Source: Pseudomonadota bacterium (GTDB lineage Bacteria > Pseudomonadota > Alphaproteobacteria > Rhizobiales > Beijerinckiaceae). From it: 58,081 nt of DNA. Shown here piece after piece: positions 17,783 to 27,581 of the stretch (the first letter of the stretch is position 1; every line of letters starts with the position of its first letter). The notes below the pieces were generated by a model, which saw only the letters and a list, made by a program, of their open reading frames with translations, was not told the DNA's origin and ran no database searches. The stretch is taken from contig JAJYCZ010000001.1 of NCBI GenBank assembly GCA_021777915.1, forward strand, positions 1-58,081, read 5' to 3'. Position numbers and translations under genes: made by a program.

Positions 17783-17804
17783 GTGGACACCATGTGGACA
17801 CCAT
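17783..17804. repeat. Perfect tandem 11-bp direct repeat GTGGACACCAT x2, candidate integrase arm-type sites
   Basis: Seen directly, about 67 bp from the tRNA-Gly 3' end. Confidence 0.6.
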
Positions 17805-17813
17805 AGCGAAAGC

Positions 17814-17839
17814 AAGAGAGGCCGCCCTGCGGCGACCTC
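17814..17839 (-). terminator. Terminator-like hairpin downstream of tRNA-Gly
   Basis: GAGGTCGCC-GCAG-GGCGGCCTC-TCTT on the minus strand. Confidence 0.45.
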
Positions 17840-17870
17840 ACCATAATTCTCTGATTTTCTTGAGATTTTT

Positions 17871-17945
17871 TGGAGCGGGCGAAGGGATTCGAACCCTCGA
17901 CCCCAACCTTGGCAAGGTTGTGCTCTACCCCTGAGCTACACCCGC
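17871..17945 (-). tRNA. tRNA-Gly (GCC)
   Basis: GCGGGTGTAGCTCAGGGGTAGAGCACAACCTT-GCC-AAGGTTGGGGTCGAGGGTTCGAATCCCTTCGCCCGCTCCA cloverleaf. Confidence 0.97.
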
Positions 17946-18189
17946 ATCCGTGGGACGGCGCAGGCGCGCCGTGGGCGCTATATGCCGTAAAGCCTCCGAC
18001 ATTGCAACAGGGCGCGGCGTTCTTTTTCACGCGGGCGTCATCGAACGAAAAAGTTGCGCTTTGTCGCGGCAAATCCGCGCCCATGGTTGCGAAAGCGACG
18101 CCAAGCCGCCATTTTAGGGACCATAACGCCGCCGGTTTTCGCGCGTCTCGGGTGGAAGGGCGGCGCGCATTTTTCACGATCTCTTCGGA

Positions 18190-19113
18190 ATGAATGGACC
18201 AAAGATGCAGCCAGTCGATCAGATGCCCCAAACCTCTCCCGCCGCCGGAGCGGACGTCATCGAGGTGTCGCTCCAGAATTTCCGCGCCGAGGTCATCGAC
18301 GAATCGACCCGGCGCCTGGTGCTGGTCGATTTCTGGGCGCCGTGGTGCGGCCCGTGCCGCCAGCTCACGCCGGTGATCGAAAAGGTCGTCGCGGCGCGGC
18401 GCGGCGAGGTCCGGCTCGCCAAGATGAACATCGACGTCAATCCCGAAATCGCCCAGCAACTGGGGATTCAGTCGATCCCGGCGGTCGTCGCCTTCCACCA
18501 GGGCAAGATGTTGGACGCCTTCATGGGCGCGCTGCCCGAGCGCGAGGTCAAGGCCTTCGTCGACCGCTGCATCGGCCCCGCCGCCGAGGATCCGGAGGCT
18601 CTGCTCGTCGAAGCCCAGGCCCTGCTCGACGCCGGCGACGTCGATTCGGCTGAAAGCGTCTTCGCCCGCATCGTCAATCTGGCGCCCGAGCACGCCGGCG
18701 CGCTCACCGGCCTCGCGCGCATCGCCGTCGAGCGCGACGCGCTCGACGAGGCCAGGGCTTTGCTCGACGCCATTCCCGCCAAACAGGCCAATGCGCCGGC
18801 GGCGGCGGCGGCGCGCGCCGCATTGGCGCTCAAGGAGCAGGCGGGCTCGGTCGGCGATCTCGCCTTCCTGCTGGCGCGGGTCGAAAACGCCCCGACCGAC
18901 CATCAGGCGCGCTACGATCTCGCGGTGGCGCTCAACGCCGCCGGGCGCCGTGAGGCGGCGGCGCAGGAATTGCTCAACATCATCAAGCGCGAGCGCGGGT
19001 GGAACGATGACGCGGCGCGAAAGATGCTGCTCCAGCTGTTCGAAAGCTGGGGTCCGCTCGACCCGGTGACGCGGGAGGCCCGAAAGCAATTGTCGGCCTT
19101 CCTGTTTGCATGA
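18190..19113 (+). CDS. ybbN: Thioredoxin-TPR chaperedoxin (YbbN/CnoX family)
   Basis: DFWAPWCGPC thioredoxin domain plus TPR C-terminus ending [10 protein letters not shown]. Confidence 0.88.
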   Translation: MNGPKMQPVDQMPQTSPAAGADVIEVSLQNFRAEVIDESTRRLVLVDFWAPWCGPCRQLTPVIEKVVAARRGEVRLAKMNIDVNPEIAQQLGIQSIPAVVAFHQGKMLDAFMGALPEREVKAFVDRCIGPAAEDPEALLVEAQALLDAGDVDSAESVFARIVNLAPEHAGALTGLARIAVERDALDEARALLDAIPAKQANAPAAAAARAALALKEQAGSVGDLAFLLARVENAPTDHQARYDLAVALNAAGRREAAAQELLNIIKRERGWNDDAARKMLLQLFESWGPLDPVTREARKQLSAFLFA

Positions 19114-19796
19114 CTGGAACCCCGATGCCGATGAACAGGACCTATTCCGGACCATCCGACCTGCCCACGACCCTGCCGATCTTTCCGCTGGCGGGCGCGC
19201 TGCTGTTGCCGGGCGGGCAATTGCCGCTGAACATTTTCGAGCCGCGCTATATGGAGATGTTCGACGACGCCATGCGCGGGGAGCGGATCATCGGCATGAT
19301 CCAGCCGGCGGAAGGCGCGGACGCGCCGGCCGGCGAGCGCCAGCCGTTGCGCGCCATCGGGGCGGCCGGCCGAATCACCCAATTGTCGGAGACCGGCGAC
19401 GGGCGCTATTTCGTGATCCTGAGCGGCGTCGCCCGCTTCCGCATCCTGTCGGAAGTCGATTCGCAAAAGCCTTACCGCGAGGCCTGGGTCGATTTCAGCC
19501 CCTTCCCCGAGGATTTCGTCCCCAGCGCCGCGGTGCCGACCAAACAGCGGACCGAACTCAACAATGTCGCCTTCTTCCTCGCCCAGGCCCTGCGGCTCGA
19601 AATCGCGCGCAACGATGTCGAAGCCATGCCCGACGCCGACATGATCTCGGTCTTCGCCATGATCGGCCCGTTCGACCCCGCCGAGAAACAGGCCATTCTC
19701 GAGGCGCCGGGACTGCTGGCCCGCGCCGACCTGCTGCTCGCGCTCGGCGAAGTCGCTCTTTCGCGCGCCCTCAAGGGCGCCAAACCCCTGCAATGA
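19110..19796 (+). CDS. LON peptidase substrate-binding domain protein
   Basis: LPIFPL...[10 protein letters not shown]...GRI...DGRY. Confidence 0.88.
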   Translation: MTGTPMPMNRTYSGPSDLPTTLPIFPLAGALLLPGGQLPLNIFEPRYMEMFDDAMRGERIIGMIQPAEGADAPAGERQPLRAIGAAGRITQLSETGDGRYFVILSGVARFRILSEVDSQKPYREAWVDFSPFPEDFVPSAAVPTKQRTELNNVAFFLAQALRLEIARNDVEAMPDADMISVFAMIGPFDPAEKQAILEAPGLLARADLLLALGEVALSRALKGAKPLQ

Positions 19797-19806
19797 ACGG
19801 GATTTT

Positions 19807-20040
19807 ATGATGACCGACACGCCCTCCAAACCGGACGAAGCCGCGCCCCGCACAGCCGCCGAAGCCGCCGGGGTCGATCCGCGCCTGCTGGAAATCCTGG
19901 TCTGCCCGCTGACCAAGACCACCTTGCGCTACGACCGCGAACGCAACGAACTGGTCTCGCTCGCCGCCCATCTCGCTTATCCGATCCGCGACGGCATTCC
20001 GATCATGCTGCCCGAGGAGGCGAGGCGCATCGACGAATGA
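19807..20040 (+). CDS. Trm112-family protein (YcaR-like)
   Basis: [14 protein letters not shown]...[12 protein letters not shown]. Confidence 0.9.
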   Translation: MMTDTPSKPDEAAPRTAAEAAGVDPRLLEILVCPLTKTTLRYDRERNELVSLAAHLAYPIRDGIPIMLPEEARRIDE

Positions 20041-20059
20041 GGCGGACGGACGACGTTTC

Positions 20060-20155
20060 TGCGTCCGCATTAGGCAGGACGCCTATGAAATAGAATTTAT
20101 TTTTCATTAATGACAATCTCTTGTGCAGCTTGCACAAAAATGGCACAGGTGAAGC
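20060..20155 (+). promoter_or_regulatory. Possible NtrC-like site (20060-20076) and sigma54 -24/-12 promoter (20141-20155) of glnK-amtB
   Basis: TGC-N11-GCA box; TGGCAC-N5-AAGC; perfect inverted repeat TTGTGCA-GCT-TGCACAA at 20121-20137. Confidence 0.4.
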
Positions 20156-20179
20156 CGCGCCCTTGTCGCGGATTCCTGA

Positions 20180-20590
<411 letters not shown>

Positions 20591-20642
20591 GAAGACGCGC
20601 CGGCCTTCCTTTCTTTTTTCTCCCCAACTTCGCGGACCCGCC

Positions 20643-21956
20643 ATGAGAATTTCGCCCGCCTCTCTCGGCCTCGCGGCCATAGCCTCGTGCCTTTTCGCCG
20701 TTCCCGCCTTCGCCGGGCAAAGCCCGATCGATCCGGCCGACACGGCTTTCATGACCTTTTCGACGGCTCTGGTTCTGCTGATGACCCTGCCGGGGCTGGC
20801 TTTGTTCTATGCCGGCATGGTGCGCAAGAAGAACATTCTCGCGACCATGGCCCAGAGCCTCGCGGCCACGGCGATCGTCTCCCTGCTGTGGTTCGTCCTC
20901 GCTTACAGCCTCGCCTTCCGCGGCGACGGGGCGCTGATCGGCGACGCCTCGGCCGCTTTTCTGCGCGGTATCGGGCTGGACACGGTCAGCCCCTGGGCCA
21001 GGACCATTCCGGAAATGCTGTTCTCCGCCTATCAGATGACCTTCGCGGTGATCACCTGCGCTCTAATCGGCGGCGCTGCCGCCGACCGCATGAAATTCTC
21101 CGCTTTCGCCTTGTTCTGCGTGTTCTGGCTGTTCATCGTCTATGTGCCGAGCGCGCATTGGGTTTGGGGCGGCGGCTTCCTCGCCCAATGGGGCGTGATC
21201 GATTTTGCCGGCGGCACGGTGGTCCACATCAACGCCGGCGTCGCCGGTCTGGTCGCGGCCCTGATGATCGGCGCCCGCACCGGCTACCGCAAGGAGAACT
21301 TCTCGCCCTTCGACCTGTCGATGGCCTTTGTCGGCCTCGGCCTGCTGTGGGTCGGCTGGTTCGGCTTCAACGGCGGTTCGGCGGAGGGCGCCGGCTCGCG
21401 CGCGGTTTACGCCATGGTCGCCACCCATCTGGCCGCCTGCGCCGGCGCCTTGGTGTGGTCCGGCATCGAATGGCTGCACAACGGCCGCCCCTCGGTTCTC
21501 GGCCTGATATCCGGCGCCGTCGCGGGCCTTGGCACGATCACCCCCGCCTCCGGCTATGTACTGCCCTGGCAGGGCGCCGTGATCGGCGTCCTGGCCGGCG
21601 GGATCTGCTACTGGTCCTCGACCGCGCTGAAGGCGAAGCTCGGTTATGACGATTCGCTCGACGTCTTCGGCGTCCATGGCGTCGGCGGCGTTCTTGGCAC
21701 GCTGATGGCGGGCGTTTTCGCCACCGCCTCGGTCAGCGCCTCGAACGGTCAGGCGGGAATTTCCGGTCTGCTCGAAGGCAACCCCCATCAATTACTGGTC
21801 CAGGCGGAAGGCGTGGTCATCACGATTCTGTGGTGCGTCATCGGCACGGCCGTCGCCTTGAAGATCGTCGACCTTCTGGTGGGCCTGCGCGTTTCGTCCG
21901 ACGACGAGCGCCTCGGCCTCGACCTCGCGCTGCATGGCGAAGCGCTCCATCAGTGA
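20643..21956 (+). CDS. amtB: Ammonium transporter
   Basis: PGLALFYAG, FAVIT, DFAGGTVVHINAG, GWFGFNGGS, DDSLDVFGVHG, LHGE. Confidence 0.95.
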   Translation: MRISPASLGLAAIASCLFAVPAFAGQSPIDPADTAFMTFSTALVLLMTLPGLALFYAGMVRKKNILATMAQSLAATAIVSLLWFVLAYSLAFRGDGALIGDASAAFLRGIGLDTVSPWARTIPEMLFSAYQMTFAVITCALIGGAAADRMKFSAFALFCVFWLFIVYVPSAHWVWGGGFLAQWGVIDFAGGTVVHINAGVAGLVAALMIGARTGYRKENFSPFDLSMAFVGLGLLWVGWFGFNGGSAEGAGSRAVYAMVATHLAACAGALVWSGIEWLHNGRPSVLGLISGAVAGLGTITPASGYVLPWQGAVIGVLAGGICYWSSTALKAKLGYDDSLDVFGVHGVGGVLGTLMAGVFATASVSASNGQAGISGLLEGNPHQLLVQAEGVVITILWCVIGTAVALKIVDLLVGLRVSSDDERLGLDLALHGEALHQ

Positions 21957-22059
21957 GTTCGCGGGCTTGACGGCTCGCCGGAAAAGCGTTCAATGATGAA
22001 CTATCTCGCCGCGACCCAGCGTCGCGGCGATCCTTTTTGGGGTTTGCGCGGTTCGTTCG

Positions 22060-22950
22060 ATGTCCAAGGCGATCGCCGATCTTCTCGACCTTTTCGATCT
22101 GGAGAAGATCGAGGACAATCTGTTCCGGGGCCGCAGCCCGCAGGTCGGCTGGCAGCGGGTGTTCGGCGGGCTGGTCATCGCCCAGGCTCTGGTCGCGGCG
22201 CAACGCACCGTCGAAAGCGCCATAGCCCATTCCCTCCACGCTTATTTCCTGCTCGGTGGCGACCCGGCGACGCCGATCGTCTACCAGGTCGAGCGCCTGC
22301 GCGACGGACGCAGCTTCGCGACCCGGCGCTGTCAGGCGATCCAGCACGACCGGGTCATTTTTTCCCTCGTCGCCTCTTTCCATAATCCCGAGCCGCAAAA
22401 CCTCGATCACGCCTTTCCGGCGCCCGATGCGCCGAGCCCTGAGGATCTCCCCGACGAAGGCGAGTTTTTCGCGCGTTTCGGAGCGCACATGCCGGAGCCG
22501 GTGCGCCGCTATTTCCAGCGGGAACGGCCGATCGAGATGCGTCCGGTCGAACCCGACCGCTATATCGCCCGTGACGCCCGATCCGATCCGGTGCAGAAGG
22601 TCTGGGTCCGCGCCTCGGGCGCCCTGCCCGACGACCCGGCGATCCATCGCGCGGCTTTGGCCTATCTCTCCGACATGACCCTGCTCGACACTTCGCTGAT
22701 CGTCCATGGCAAGTCGGTGTTCCATCCCGACATCCAGGCGGCGAGTCTCGATCACGCCTTGTGGCTGCATCGCCCGTTCCGGGCCGACGAATGGATGCTC
22801 TATGTGCAGGACAGCCCCAATGCGTCGGGCGGCCTGGGATTCAGCCGCGGCGCGCTCTATTCGCGCGATGGCGCGCTGATCGCCTCGGTGGCCCAGGAAG
22901 GCCTGATCCGGGTGAAACACGAAGCCTCGCCGAATTTCGCGCAACTCTGA
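22060..22950 (+). CDS. tesB: Acyl-CoA thioesterase II
   Basis: RVFGG..AQAL, SLHAYF, RDGRSF, SLDHALWLH, SVAQEGL. Confidence 0.93.
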   Translation: MSKAIADLLDLFDLEKIEDNLFRGRSPQVGWQRVFGGLVIAQALVAAQRTVESAIAHSLHAYFLLGGDPATPIVYQVERLRDGRSFATRRCQAIQHDRVIFSLVASFHNPEPQNLDHAFPAPDAPSPEDLPDEGEFFARFGAHMPEPVRRYFQRERPIEMRPVEPDRYIARDARSDPVQKVWVRASGALPDDPAIHRAALAYLSDMTLLDTSLIVHGKSVFHPDIQAASLDHALWLHRPFRADEWMLYVQDSPNASGGLGFSRGALYSRDGALIASVAQEGLIRVKHEASPNFAQL

Positions 22951-23060
22951 CCAATCCTTGCGCATAAAGATGCATAGGTTTTAGGCTTATCGCCTAACTT
23001 TTAGCGCTACGCCGCGATCTTGCGCCGATTGCACGAAATTTGAATTCTTGGGTCTTGTAA

Positions 23061-23528
<468 letters not shown>

Positions 23529-23559
23529 ACCCCGCGCAATTTTTCAGGAGAAAGGCTTT

Positions 23560-23945
23560 CTGACCTGCCTCTCCGGGCGCGCCGCGATGGAGGCGCTCTG
23601 CCTCGCATTGGCCGCTTTGGCGCCGAACGGCCGCGCGGCTTTCGCGAACGCCGCCACGTCCGCCGTCAACAGGGGCGCCATCGCCTGGACGCTGGCCTCC
23701 AGCGCCCAGGGCTCATGATTGTCCGTTCCCGACCTCGCCCCGTTCCATGGCCGCCTGGCGCGCCACAGGGACTCCCTGTCGGCGCTGACCCGGGTCTTCG
23801 CCACGCTGATCTGATCCGGTCCGGCGCCGGCGCCGCCGTCCTCTCAAGGATCGTCGATCTCGTCATCGGCCCGCGTCCCACCCGCGATGAGGAGCGCGAA
23901 GGCCTCGACGTCGCCGAACATGGCGAACAGGCCCCTAATTATTGA
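23560..23945 (+). pseudogene. amtB: Decayed amtB paralogue with a large internal deletion
   Basis: VNRGAIAWTLASSAQGS*LSVPDLAPFHGRLARHRDSLSALTRVFA (AmtB TM1 region) fused to TLI/RSGAGAAVLSRIVDLVIGPRPTRDEEREGLDVAEHGEQA (AmtB C-terminus). Confidence 0.8.
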
Positions 23946-24006
23946 GCCGTCGCCCCCGGTTCGAACTGCGGACGGCAGGGTTTTCGGACCCCGCCGTTTT
24001 CCTTCC

Positions 24007-25488
24007 TCAATAAGCCACGATCTTGTAACTTTCGCCTGGCTTCAACTGGTCGCTGTCGAGGCCGTTGAGCAGCTCGAATTGTTGGAGCGGGCGGTCGATC
24101 AGCGCCATTTTCGCCGCCAGGGTCGTCGCATTGTCGCCGAGTCCGGCGACGGCGAGGCGCAGATGGAGCGGCTGGGCGAGTTTCTGCTCGTCGGGCGTGA
24201 TGGGATGGAAGGAGGCGATGGATTCGTCGAATCGTTTGCTCGTCTCGGGCGTCATCGCCTTGACCGCGAAAATCATCCGATAGATGTCGCCGTTGAAGGC
24301 GATCGCCGCGACGCGGAAATTCCACTCGCCGGCGCGGGCGTCGGCATAGACCGCCGGCAAGCCGTTGACCTTGTCCTCGCGAATGGAAGAGGCGAGCAGG
24401 CCGTCGATCCAGCCTGACGTCAGATAGGCCTTGAGGCTCTTGCCCGCGGGCGCGCGCACGCTGTCGAAACGCAAGGCTTCCGCGCCGCCGCTCGCGACGC
24501 CCAGGACCGCCTGCGCCGAATTCTGAAGCACATAGCCTTCCGGCGCCTCGAAGGCAAAGCCGAGGCGCGGATGGATGAAGGCGCGGCCACGGATCGCGCC
24601 GTCGGTCGGGTCGTCGCCGAACATCACGCCGTCGATCGCGTCGAGATAGGGCTGGCGCGCCCTGTCGCCGACGCCGGGCGCCCCGAACTGCCGGGCGACC
24701 TGGAGCGCCACCGCGACGCGCTCCGGCGTCGAGGGATGGGTCGCCAGGATATCCGGCCTGCTGCTGTCCGCCTGGCCGATGAGTTCGGCGCGCATTTCGC
24801 TCGAACGCCCGAGCGCGGTGAGAAAACGCGACGCCGCAAAGGGGTCGTAGCCGCCCCGCGCGATCACGTCTATGCCGACGCGGTCGGCTTCGAACTCCTG
24901 CTGGCGTGAATAGGAGGCGATGGTCCGCGCGGCGGCGGCCTCGATCTCGTCGCTCTTCTGACGGCTTTCGATGATCTGTGACGCCTGCGCGATCACCGCC
25001 TCGGTCTTTTCCTTTTCCGCCCGCAGGAAAGCGTGGCGCGCGGTGACATGGGCGATTTCATGCGCCATCACGGCGGCGACTTCGGATGTGTCATTGGCCA
25101 GAGCGAGCATGCCCCGGGTCACGAAAAGATCGCCCGAGGGAAGCGCGAAGGCGTTGACCACCGCCGAATTCAGGATGGTCACGCGATAGGGCTGGGTCGG
25201 CGTGTCGCTGGCCGTGGCCAGCCGCACCAGAACCTGATCGAGATAGGTCTGGGCCCTGGGCCATTGATATTCGCCGCCGTAAAGCGCGATCAGCCGCTTG
25301 CGCTCGGCGTCCTGCGGCGTGTCGCGAAGCGCCTTGGGCGCGGCGGTCTGCGGCGGGGGCGGCGTCATGCCCTGCTGTTCGAGCGTGGCGCAGCCGGCCA
25401 GAAGCGTCAGGACGGCGAGCCGCGCCAGCGCGGAAGCCATGCGCGGAGCGAAAAGCCCTCGCGTCCTTTTGCGCTTGCGTTCCGCCAT
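24007..25488 (-). CDS. M48-family (BepA/YfgC-like) metalloprotease lipoprotein
   Basis: LLAGC lipobox, NAFALPSG, HEIAH, SRQQEFEAD, THP; start uncertain (25488 or later). Confidence 0.85.
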   Translation of the reverse strand: MAERKRKRTRGLFAPRMASALARLAVLTLLAGCATLEQQGMTPPPPQTAAPKALRDTPQDAERKRLIALYGGEYQWPRAQTYLDQVLVRLATASDTPTQPYRVTILNSAVVNAFALPSGDLFVTRGMLALANDTSEVAAVMAHEIAHVTARHAFLRAEKEKTEAVIAQASQIIESRQKSDEIEAAAARTIASYSRQQEFEADRVGIDVIARGGYDPFAASRFLTALGRSSEMRAELIGQADSSRPDILATHPSTPERVAVALQVARQFGAPGVGDRARQPYLDAIDGVMFGDDPTDGAIRGRAFIHPRLGFAFEAPEGYVLQNSAQAVLGVASGGAEALRFDSVRAPAGKSLKAYLTSGWIDGLLASSIREDKVNGLPAVYADARAGEWNFRVAAIAFNGDIYRMIFAVKAMTPETSKRFDESIASFHPITPDEQKLAQPLHLRLAVAGLGDNATTLAAKMALIDRPLQQFELLNGLDSDQLKPGESYKIVAY

Positions 25489-25556
25489 CACTCCGCCGTT
25501 CCGATCCCGCGCCCAAGCCCGTGCCCAAGCCGACGCCAAATTTCGCCTCGTCCCGC

Positions 25557-26366
25557 TCAAGGCGAATCGGCTTTTCCCGACGACCCCGCCCGCGGCGCTT
25601 CCTCAATAAACTCGATTTGGCCGGGATGGAATAATTCGATGAGCGGGGAAGCCGCGATCTCGACCACGCCGCGCGCGCGCACGCGGCGGCCTCTCAGGCT
25701 TTTTTCGTCAAACCCGGCGCGTTCGAACGCGCGCCGATTCCGCCGGGCGATGACCAGAGCCGCGCCGCGCCGGCCGGCGAAATTCAGATAAGTGCGGCTG
25801 AAGCCGTGGCCGATCGAGCCGATCCGCCCCTCGACGATCGCCAGCGTCCCGTTGCGTCCGGCGAAGGCCGCCGGATCGTCCCCGGAAAGAACGGCGAAGG
25901 CCGGATCCGCCCAGAGTCCCGCTTTCGCGGCCCGCGCTTCGGCCTCCGCGGCCTTGACGCCTTCCGCGCAGGCGCCGGGATCGGCGGCGACAACAGCGAG
26001 GCCGGCGGCGGCCAGGCTCTCGTCCGCCGATTCTGACGCGCCCTCGGGAAAAAGCCGCGCTGGAATGCGCCCCCAGCGGTCGGCGGGGCCGAGCGGCGAC
26101 GCCAGCAGGGCTTTTCCTTGCAGGAGAGAGGCTAGCTCCCGCGCGGCCTCCTGCGGGAGGTCGGGTTCGGCCGCCGTCGCGCGGGGCGGCTCGATGGAAG
26201 GGAAAAATACCACGCGCCCGTCGGCGAGTGTGATGTCGAGCCGCGCGTCGACTTTTTCGATCCGCGCCTTTGCAACCGCCACGTCGCCGTCGCAGCCGGC
26301 GGCCCGCGCGCAAACCGGCGCGGCGACAGCGATCAGACAGGCGAAAAGGAAACCGGAAAAGCGCAT
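25557..26366 (-). CDS. Thermonuclease (SNase)-like secreted protein, probably with a C-terminal OB-fold
   Basis: Signal peptide, DRWGR, AEAEARAAKAGLW motifs. Confidence 0.7.
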   Translation of the reverse strand: MRFSGFLFACLIAVAAPVCARAAGCDGDVAVAKARIEKVDARLDITLADGRVVFFPSIEPPRATAAEPDLPQEAARELASLLQGKALLASPLGPADRWGRIPARLFPEGASESADESLAAAGLAVVAADPGACAEGVKAAEAEARAAKAGLWADPAFAVLSGDDPAAFAGRNGTLAIVEGRIGSIGHGFSRTYLNFAGRRGAALVIARRNRRAFERAGFDEKSLRGRRVRARGVVEIAASPLIELFHPGQIEFIEEAPRAGSSGKADSP

Positions 26367-26462
26367 GCGGACCGCTCGGCGAAGGACTTTTTCGATTAGC
26401 ATGTTTGCGCGCGGCATGGTTTTTTCGCGCCGGAATTTATGCTAGGCAAGGCGCGCGCTCGC

Positions 26463-26539
<77 letters not shown>

Positions 26540-26598
26540 ATTTGCAATTTATGCGTTGTCCATACCGGACACATAGCTGACAATCCGGGGCCCGCCCC

Positions 26599-26842
26599 GC
26601 CGCGGTCCCCGCCGCCCTGTTAGGGGCCGGGCTATGGCTGCGATCCCTCTTACAGCGATCGCTGCTACGGAAATGGTTACGGCCGTGGCGCGGGACACGG
26701 CCACATGAATGGCGATTTCAGCTTCGGCGGCGACGCGGACACCGACCTGAACGGCTGGGGCGACAACGACCGGAAAGGGTACAGCCGCGGCCGCGTGGCG
26801 GCCGCGGCCCAGGCAGGTGGCGAACACCACACAATGAATTGA
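26599..26842 (+). pseudogene. Decayed sulfur-globule-protein-like gene (paralogue of 26940-27581)
   Basis: TGT-TAG (former TGG-TGG?) then GPGYG...YGNGYGRGAGHGHMNGDFSFGGDADTDLNGWG...*; no start codon; frameshifted AAVPAA signal-peptide-like stub. Confidence 0.5.
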
Positions 26843-26939
26843 ACATCGTCACGCAAGAACTTGATGGCCGGCGGCCCCCGTTGGCGGCCATCTCTATTTC
26901 CCCTGGCTTTGCGGGCGAACTCCCGCCACGAGGTGAACG

Positions 26940-27581
26940 ATGAGAAGAGTCGAAACTTGGCTCGCGGCGGCCGCCATCGCCTCCGCGCTGAATGTCCCGA
27001 CCATGGCCCACGCGCAATGGTGGGGCGGAACGCCTTACACCGGACGCCCATCGGGCCCGGGCGCCTGGGGCTATCCCTACAATACCAATGGATGGACCAA
27101 CAATGGTTGGGGTCGTGGCTGGGGCAACGGCAATATGAATTTCTCCGCCAACTTCGACAATCTGAACAACGGCTGGAGCAATGGATGGAACCGCCCCTGG
27201 GGCGGTTACCCCGGCAACGCGCCGTGGAGCACGCCTTACGCCGGTGGCCCCTGGGGAGGCCCGATGGGAGGAGGCCCGATGGGGGGCAGTCCCTGGGGAA
27301 GCCCCATGGGAGGAAGCCCGATGGGGGGCAGTCCCTGGGGAGGCCCGATGGGGGGAAGCCCGATGGGGGGCAGTCCCTGGGGAGGCCCGATGGGGGGAAG
27401 CCCGATGGGGGGTAGTCCCTGGGGAGGCCCCATGGGAGGAAGCCCGATGGGGGGTAGTCCCTGGGGAAGCCCCATGGGAGGAAGCCCGATGGGAGGAAAT
27501 CCATGGGCGAGCCCGATGACAGGCAATCCGTCGGGAGGGCCCATGGGCGGCAATCCGTGGGCCAATAATCCCTGGCGCTAA
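26940..27581 (+). CDS. Secreted Gly/Pro/Met/Trp-rich low-complexity protein, sulfur globule protein (SgpA/B)-like
   Basis: GAGG RBS; signal peptide ending AHA; mature N-terminus QWWGG; GWGNGNMNFSANF core; 14-aa repeats. Confidence 0.7.
   Translation: MRRVETWLAAAAIASALNVPTMAHAQWWGGTPYTGRPSGPGAWGYPYNTNGWTNNGWGRGWGNGNMNFSANFDNLNNGWSNGWNRPWGGYPGNAPWSTPYAGGPWGGPMGGGPMGGSPWGSPMGGSPMGGSPWGGPMGGSPMGGSPWGGPMGGSPMGGSPWGGPMGGSPMGGSPWGSPMGGSPMGGNPWASPMTGNPSGGPMGGNPWANNPWR
27249..27500 (+). repeat. Six tandem 42-bp coding repeats (PWG[G/S]PMGG[S/G]PMGG[S/N])
   Basis: CCCTGGGGA.GCCC.ATGGG.GGA.GCCCGATGGG.GG.A.T x6, seen directly. Confidence 0.95.

Larger units (their letters stand above)
1..17870. mobile_element. 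Integrative (ICE-like) element end, integrated at the 3' end of tRNA-Gly; continues beyond the left edge of the window
   Basis: ParB-like/DUF932/methylase-helicase backbone typical of alphaproteobacterial ICEs, defence cargo of visibly lower GC, abuts the tRNA-Gly CCA end, and a tandem 11-bp repeat lies near the junction. The integrase is not in the window. Confidence 0.75.

Noticed and set aside
17608-19155. 515-aa minus-strand ORF as a possible integrase next to tRNA-Gly
   Set aside because: It is antisense to ybbN, runs through the tRNA and lacks tyrosine or serine recombinase motifs.
27249-27500. Possible CRISPR array
   Set aside because: Units are contiguous with no unique spacers, the period is a multiple of 3 within a signal-peptide ORF, and no cas genes are present.
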